NCBI GenBank assembly: GCA_027923505.1
Contig: BROI01000003.1
Coordinates: 744,001 to 808,000, forward strand
Reading direction: 5' to 3'
Source of the DNA: Mayamaea pseudoterrestris
Taxonomy: Eukaryota
DNA length: 64,000 nucleotides
Made by a program: the position numbers and the translations under genes. How positions within the stretch are numbered: the stretch's first letter is position 1; each line of letters begins with the position of its first letter. Shown piece by piece: positions 56,597 through 64,000 of this stretch. The notes under the pieces were generated by a model. It did not search any database. It was not told where the DNA came from and saw only the letters and a list, made by a program, of their open reading frames with translations.

Positions 56597-57252
56597 ATGG
56601 CAGTTCCAAGCAACAGCTTCCTCCTTCCCAAAACATTGCAAACATGTATTGAGGAAATCATTGATACTGCCAATCTATCGCAAGCAGGTATTCGCGCCGT
56701 ACTGCTATCAACTACCGAGGGAGTTCCTCTCGGACGCGTCGTTTCGGAACCCGATGTTGCAACCTTGCATCCCGAGCTACTACAAATGATGGAAAGCGTA
56801 TTAGCACCAGCGGCAAAGCAAGTTCCAGTTTTAGGAATGAACAAGTTAAATCAGGTGACTGCATTCTATGACCATGGCATTGTCGTTCATCAATATCAAG
56901 GGCCTGTGGTAAGTGAGCTCAATGGACCGGAGACCGGGCGATGACCGAACTGCTAATTCTTTGGAAGCCGCATGTGCCGATCATTGTAGAAGGGTACTTT
57001 TATGTTTATCTCGAGATTCCTTCCGTTTCTAAAGTGTGTCAATGTTCTCCTCTTTATCTCTCTGCTCATTTATTTCTTACTTGCTGTTAAATTTGGCATA
57101 CGCACTCGGCACTCGGCATCATCCAGGTTGTCACACTTCTATGCAAACCAGGATCCAATCTCGGAGCTGTTCGGTCTACGGCAGCTCCACTATTGCGAAA
57201 AGTTTTGGAGCCTCTTCGTTCGACGCTGGAGAAGAGCTTGAAACCTGAATGA
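56597..57252 (+). CDS. LAMTOR3: Ragulator subunit LAMTOR3/MP1-like roadblock protein
   Basis: Exons 56597-56908 and 57127-57252; LLSTTEGVPL...LGM....VTAFYD...VVTLL....NLG. Confidence 0.7.
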
Positions 57253-57736
57253 TTCAATTGCAAGGGCAGCCATGATACGAAAGGATGAGGCACATAACAA
57301 CATATCCAAAGAATTTTACATAGTATGTCTCTGTTCTTTATCTGGTATTCACTCGTAAAATACACCGTGGCTATGTTGGATAACTAAAAAATGGAAGTCC
57401 ATGCACGAGCAAGAGCAAAAGTAAAGCCATAAACCTTAACTCCGTCGAGTTCAGTGACGTGGTTTCTGTGCGACTCGATGCGCGACGATGGGCACGACCA
57501 CCTTCACAAAGCGAGTGATTCAGAGGCACCTGATCGCAGATTGCAATCTTCTGTGTCATCCATAGTCTCCAGGTAAGGACTGCAAGCGAATAGGAAGGCT
57601 GCTATTGCTGCTGCCGTGTTTGACCAGCAAGTCAGTCAGCGTCTGTAGTGAGTCAATCAACGCCCGGCTCGATCAATTTTTCGTTGTCTCACTTATTCAC
57701 ACGCTTGCTGCCAACAGATACTTACAAATACACACG

Positions 57737-59973
57737 ATGAAGTTCGCAGCTAGCTTTATCACGACCCTTCTAGTGGCCGACAAGGCCTTGGCCTTTGTTC
57801 CCAAGTCCTTTTCAAAGACTTCCAATTACAATACACGTTTGCACATGGCCCTCGACATGCCACCTGCACCCCAAGCAGACGCTCCAGTCGTTCAGCAGAA
57901 TGCCTACGGTCAACCTTCGGATGTTCGCTACAGTGACTTTTTAAAGCTTGTCAATTCTGACCGTGTCGAGAAGGTCACCTTTAGCGCCGATGGCACGCAG
58001 CTGCTTGGAGTTGATGTCGACGGTGTACGTCTCAAGATCGAAGCGCTTCCGAACGACCCAGATTTGTTGACGCAACTTACGAACCACAAGGTATGTTTGT
58101 GCAGGCAAGCGCAGTTGTCGAATACTATCTCAATATCTCACATGTTATCATGCTTGTTTGCGACAGGTTGATGTGACGGTCCTTCCAGCGCAGGAGGCCA
58201 GCGGCCTCGGTGAACTCGCCCAGAGCTTGATCTTCCCTGCTGCTCTCTTTGCAGGTTTATTTTTTCTGAGCCGACGTGGAGGCGGTGTTGGCATGGGACC
58301 AGGAAACCCCATGGGGTTTGGCAAGAGCAAGGCTGAAATCCAAATGGTGCCTGACACTGGAGTAACGTTTGACGACGTTGCTGGATGCGACGGCGCCAAA
58401 CTCGAGTTGGCCGAGGTAGTGGACTTTTTGAAGCGACCGGAAGCCTACACTACCATGGGCTGCAAGATTCCCAAGGGTGTCATCTTGGATGGACCTCCAG
58501 GAACGGGAAAGACTCTTTTGGCAAAGGCAGTGGCCGGCGAGGCAGGTGTCCCATTCATTTCCATCTCGGGTTCTGAGTTTGTTGAGATGTTTGTCGGTGT
58601 TGGAGCTTCGCGCGTCCGCGACATCTTTGGCCAGGTAAGACTGACAGCGTGGCGACTCTCTTGCGTTTCGGAGATACTCATTGACTAACGCGTCATTTTT
58701 TTTACTACCAGGCCCGCAAAAATGCCCCTTGTATCATTTTCATTGGTAAGTGCTGTAACTGATGAACAAATGAACATATACGATGCGCAAATATCAACAT
58801 TCTAACCACTGATTCCACCGTACTTCCGTAGATGAGATTGACGCTGTCGGTAGACAACGAGGAGCTGGTTACGCAGGCGGAAACGACGAAAGAGAGCAGA
58901 CTGTCAACCAGATTCTAGTTGAGATGGATGGTTTCGACGGTCAGACTGGAGTGATTACAATTGCTGCCACTAACCGTGTCGATATCTTGGACAAGGCTTT
59001 GCTTCGTCCGGGCCGCTTCGACAGAAAAGTTACGGTAGACCTTCCAGACTTCATTGGACGCACTCGCATTCTGGGTGTTCACTCGCGCGGCAAGCCTCTT
59101 GAGCCGGATGTTGACCTTGAAGCCGTTTCTCGTCGTACACCTGGTTTCTCTGGTGCGCAGCTGGAGAACCTAATGAACGAAGCTGCCATTACCGCCGCCC
59201 GACGAAGCAAGACAACCATTGGATGGGAAGAGATTGACGGCGCTGTCGACCGTATAATGGTTGGGCTCGAGAAGAAGGGCGGAAACCCACAGCTCAAGCA
59301 AAAGAAGCTTGTTGCCTACCACGAAGCTGGACACGCCATTGTCGGAGCCCTTGTGCCCGACTACGATCAAGTGCAAAAAATTTCCATCATTCCCCGCTCC
59401 AACGGTGCTGGCGGTTTGACTTTCTTTGCACCCCAAGAAGCCCGCCTCGAATATGGTTTGTACAGTAAGCAATATTTGGAGTCACAACTCGCTGTCGCTT
59501 TGGGAGGACGCGTAGCGGAGGAACTCATCTACGGTGAAGATTTTGTCACTACTGGTGCATCCAACGATATTCAACAAGTTGCCAACATTGCCAAGCGCAT
59601 GGTCAAGGAGTGGGGAATGAGTGACACGATTGGTCGCGTTGCTGTTTCAGAGCCAAGTGGCGGAGGTCCCTTCATGGGCGCGCGCATGATGCGCCGTCCG
59701 ACTATGTGGGGCAATGAAATTTTGGGCAAGGTGGAAGGCGAAGTCGAGCGTCTCGTGAATAACAGTTACCTCACTGCCAAGAAGGTCTTGTCAGAGAACC
59801 GCGACTTACTTGAGCATCTGACTAAGGTCCTTATGGAACAGGAAGTTGTTTCTGCGGAAGAGTTTCAAATGATGCTTGTCGAGTTCAAAGCGCGAACCAT
59901 TGACTACGGCATCATTGGTGACGAGAAGAACCGCGAGAAACTTCCTTTCCAAGGCTTGCCTATGGCGCTCTAA
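57737..59973 (+). CDS. ftsH: Plastid FtsH ATP-dependent zinc metalloprotease
   Basis: Exons 57737-58090, 58167-58634, 58712-58745, 58832-59973. ALA-F presequence, [28 protein letters not shown]. Confidence 0.95.
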
Positions 59974-60108
59974 GCCTGTTAGCTTTGATACCGATATATT
60001 CCTCGCATTACTATTTTAACACGTAGACATTGCATTACTATTACTCTTCATCTCTCGTTATTACAACAGTCTAGAGTAGACATGGGAAGTGTCCAGCTAT
60101 AATAGCAT

Positions 60109-60723
60109 CTATCCGTTGAGATGCTTGTTAATATCACTGAAGCATTCTCTCCACTTCAACGAAATGTATGTGTGCGTCAACTCCTCATCTGCTGCGATGT
60201 CGCCTTGAGAATACAAAAGCACAAGAGATGAGGACACCGAATTAAGCAGACGCAGCAATAGCAATTGACACCACAGGACACTTACGGGTGGCAAAGATTT
60301 CAAACTTGTCCTCGTTAAAGTAACGAACCATCTTGGTGTTGGCTTCTCCTTCCTTGTCCGTGTTGTAGTAAGCTGAGCAGCCCGACCCCATAGCCCATGT
60401 CTTGCAGGGTCGCTCCTCGCCCCACGTGAAAATGTACGGACATGTGTTTCCGTCGAAACCATCTGGAAGACGTCGCATCAATCCTTTTTCGACCAAATCG
60501 CCTGTGCAAAAGTGAATGAATCAAGATGTTTGAGCTACATGACGCGTTTAGCAAGGTGGAACAGCCGATGGCCGACGAGGCGCCGTGCGTGCGACGTGTG
60601 CATACCTTTCTTGAATGCTACGGCGGCATACGCTCCATCGAATTGGTTATCAGGCGAAGAGAACGTTGACGCCTTAATGTAGACCTTGGAGCAATCAACT
60701 TTGGTATCAGGATGGGAAGCCAT
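60109..60723 (-). CDS. Minimal SET-domain protein
   Basis: Exons 60723-60606, 60501-60286, 60203-60109; GAYAAVAFKKGDLVE...AYYNT....N....FATRDIAADEELTHTY. Confidence 0.8.
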
Positions 60724-61635
60724 GGTCAACAAGAAAGGGAGGGACAAGCGATGATCGGGATTTTGTGGCTCGGACGATCATCGATTTGCGTCACGTGCGC
60801 GGCAGCGCGTCGGCCGTCATTGGATTAAGAGCACACGCGACAATTGTTGGAACATTAGGTTGCTACTTGGCAATGCGGATGACGAGGTGCGGTAGCTACA
60901 GGTTGGAGGCCCAATTCACGCCCTCAGCAAAGTGAACGGCAATTGAAATGCTTGACAGTGAATGCAGCAGTCGAATTAGCATTGCGAGCGAGGCAGAAGC
61001 ACCGCAAGGAGACTCATATTTGGCGGGCAGCAAATAAAGCGTCATACAGCAGACGACTTCCTACGTACCGCAACGCAGGCACACATGCTATTCAGTGGCT
61101 ACAAGGCGTGAGAGCCATTACAAGTGTATACTTTTGGTTGCGCCTACTACATGTGTGCGTATTGACAAAATGCTCACTGGCTCTGGTCGCCATTACTTTG
61201 ACGGATCACTTTGCTCACTTGCTTTAAAGCATCGCCAATGATAATCCTCCCGCGGCCGGAAGCAAAACACCAAGCGCCCAAAGAGCTGGGCGGCGCGTAT
61301 CAAACGTTCGCACACAACTATTGCGCCAATCACCACCAGCTCAAGCTTTAGAGTGCCGACTAAAGTGCCGACTTCGTGTAGTAAAGATTCGCAATCTTGA
61401 ACCATTGCATCGCATCGATACATTCGGAGTTTAGTCTTACATGGGCTGACATCCCGCAAACGTCAGCTAACCCACGAAACTGACGGCACGACTGGACGAG
61501 GTCTAGAGCGACATTACCATGGCGGCGCACCTCTTAATTTACGTTTTCGTCGATGCTCGAGCTCACTCTCTCGAGACTTTCTTCGAAAATCAACATTTGT
61601 TGCCAATAGAGAAGCCCGTAAGCAAATAAAAGGTA

Positions 61636-64000
61636 ATGCCGACATTGAGCTTTGAAGATATGCCGATGCCGTCCCTAACCATGGTGCAGAGCTCGAGTAC
61701 GAGGACGTCGTGGGTGTTCGCGTAGCGAGGTCGCATTGGACGATGCACGCTCGTGGAGCTCACCGGTGCGACGAACTCTACTCCCCTGCGTCGTTAGCTA
61801 ACACGAGTCAACGTGGGCGGATACAAAACTCCGACCGATCAATTTAGGTTCCGACGGCCGCGGCTCTTCACATTTTGCAAAACCAGCTGTCAAGGTAGGA
61901 CCGTCGACTGTCGGTCGAGCAGCTGCATTGCCCACCATGAGCTCCTCTCAAGCCTTCCATGCACTCGCCAAGGCTTCTGCTGTTATTCCTCGGGTTGTCG
62001 CCAAGGAGACTCGGTCGTGGAGCCGGGCGCTTCCCTCGCTGGAGGTGAGTTTGATGCGTTTTCGGTGCGAATGACCGGAGAGTTCCGATTCGTCCAAGTG
62101 ACAGCAAGAACTCGTCGCGATCCGGGATGGGAGGCAGCGTTCAAGCTTTTGCTTTGCTTGTGCGTTTGGTTTTAACTCTTGGTTGCTCAAAGGCTATGAT
62201 TGTAGTGGTTTCAAAGCCACGATTCGGTCCTGGTTTTGCTGCATTGGAGGAAATTCCGAGGCTCGCAATGCTGGCGGATAACCCAACGAGGCACAAGTTG
62301 TTGCAACGTGCACCTCGCAGGACTCGTGCATATATGAAACGTCGCAGTTGCAAATGTCGAAAGACCAGGACGCTTTGTTGTCTTACACTGCTATAAATTT
62401 GTCTTTTACGTCAGGCAAAGAATAATGTGAGCAGCAGTCGACCCGTCGTCGACCCAGCTCATTTCGAACCTCTCGGTTCATGGACGTCGGACAAGCAGAA
62501 TGCATCTCGACGCGACAATCCATTCATGATGACTTGGGTACCTGGAAAATCTCGAGAGTCTGTGCCGAACATGACTCATGGTACGAATGAAGATGTAGCT
62601 TTCGTTTTGGCCGATCGCCTCTAGTCGTACCTCATGCTCATTCGTCATTCTCATTCGACCTTGCTAGGCGACGGCGTTTATCTGTACGACGATCGAGGCA
62701 AGCAATACCTTGACTGGACATCGCAAGCAGTCTGCTCGAACCTTGGACACTCGCTGCCGGATGCAGTCATTGATGCAGCTGCTTATCAAATGAAGCTGTT
62801 GCCTTACACGTACGTTGAAAGCGCTTCTACTAGTTGACTCGAATTTTAGTAATGAAGTGCTCACAAGTTAAACACCTTCTCTTTCAGCTACGGAGGCATT
62901 GGCATAACGGAAGTGCGCACTCGAATGAATCAACTTATGGCGGAGATTCTTCCTGGAAACATTCGACCAGCTGTCTTTCCGTCCTCGGGCGCGGAAGCAA
63001 ATGAAGCTGGCATTATGATGGCGCGTCGGTTCACTGGTCGACGAAAGATCATTAGCTGGTACCGATCATATCACGGAGCAACTGCGAATGCTGGAGCAGC
63101 CACTGGAGACTATCGACGCTGGTTTGGATCGGACGATGTTCCCAACTTTGTCAAGGCATTTAATCCATTTCCGCTCTTCTTCCATCACGGTGGCAGCGAT
63201 GCAACTGAGGAGGAGCGCGTTCAATCTGCATTAAACATGTTGGAGGAACAGATTTTGAATGAAGGCCCCGACAATGTGGCGTCAATCATGATGGAGAGTA
63301 TTGTTGGTGCAGGTGGGTGTCTGATCATGCCTCCTGGTTACATGCAAGGCATTAGAGCAATCTGCGACAAGTATGGCATCCTCATGCACATGGACGAGGT
63401 CATGGTGGGTTTTGGACGCACCGGAAAGCTTTTTGGATTTCAGAACTACGACGGGGTTATGCCTGACATTATCACTTGCGCCAAGGGCATTTCCGGAGCC
63501 AGTCTGCCACTGTCGATGACGGCTTGCTCACAGCAGATTCTCGAATACTTTGACGACAAGCCGCTTGGATGGGGTTCGACGTATCAAGCTCATCCGGTGG
63601 CCATGGCGGCTGCTTACGAAAGCGTTAAGCATATTTTGAAGGAAGACATTGTTGGTCGCGTTCAAAACATTGCGCCATTGTTCGCTGAAGGTATGCAGGA
63701 CCTTGCGAACCGACACCCATGCATAAAGCAATTTCGAGCAATCGGCCTATTTGGTTGTTTTGACGTTATGGACATTAGCGGATCGAATCCAAAGCTTCAG
63801 CACGAGGTTTCGCATGACGCCTTTCACAAGTACCGAGAGGCATTTACCGAGAATGGTTTGGTTGGGCTTCATCGATACCCTCATATCCATTGCGCTCCTC
63901 CACTCATAATCAAGGAGCATGAACTCCTGGATGGCTTTAATCGCCTTGATAGAGCGTTGTCAGTTTTAGACGACGCCTTGGGCTTTTACAACGCGAGCAA
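61636..64000 (+). CDS. Class III PLP aminotransferase (taurine/beta-alanine-pyruvate-like), runs off window end
   Basis: YLDWTSQ, NLGH, SGAEANE, SYHG, DEVMVGFGRTG, PDIITCAKG. Exons 61636-61696 (tentative), 61848-62044, 62415-62580, 62668-62809, 62888-end. Alternative start at 61937. Confidence 0.9.

Noticed and set aside
38148..59973. Functional cluster of plastid-targeted genes
   Set aside because: They are interspersed with unrelated housekeeping genes and share no pathway; plausible by chance.
60800..61600. ORFs in the SET/aminotransferase intergenic region
   Set aside because: Non-ATG starts and no protein-like features.

Overview
Eukaryotic nuclear DNA, most likely from a diatom. This is inferred from short GT-AG introns, bipartite plastid-targeting presequences, a CoDi-type Ty1/Copia element, HA-domain genes and a probable SELMA Derlin. 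Bases 1-9,000 are a dense repeat block. It opens with a decayed Ty1/Copia element (integrase, chromo-like domain, RT, RNase H, 3' LTR). Next is a ~4.4-kb near-perfect inverted repeat with arms at 3671-5709 and 5994-8034. Each arm holds ~170-180-bp satellite monomers (organised as a 985-bp unit), a solo LTR with a 5-bp TSD and a complete 676-bp TRIM-like mini-retrotransposon with non-canonical TA...TA LTR ends. The arms enclose a 284-bp fragment of another Copia. Bases 10,000-64,000 are compact and gene-rich: two HA-domain paralogs plus a pseudogene, a GH81 beta-1,3-glucanase, tRNA-Arg(CCT), a 62-aa CxxC micro-protein with possible UGA recoding, a USP, acatalytic alpha-carbonic-anhydrase-like genes, an ABCC transporter, NSE1, a NAK kinase with an apparent GA-AG intron, ThiO-like oxidase, Deg protease, RNA exonuclease, syntaxin-6, PGRL1, GTPBP, Derlin, LAMTOR3, FtsH, a minimal SET protein and a class-III aminotransferase. 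Exon models were read by eye and no database searches were run.
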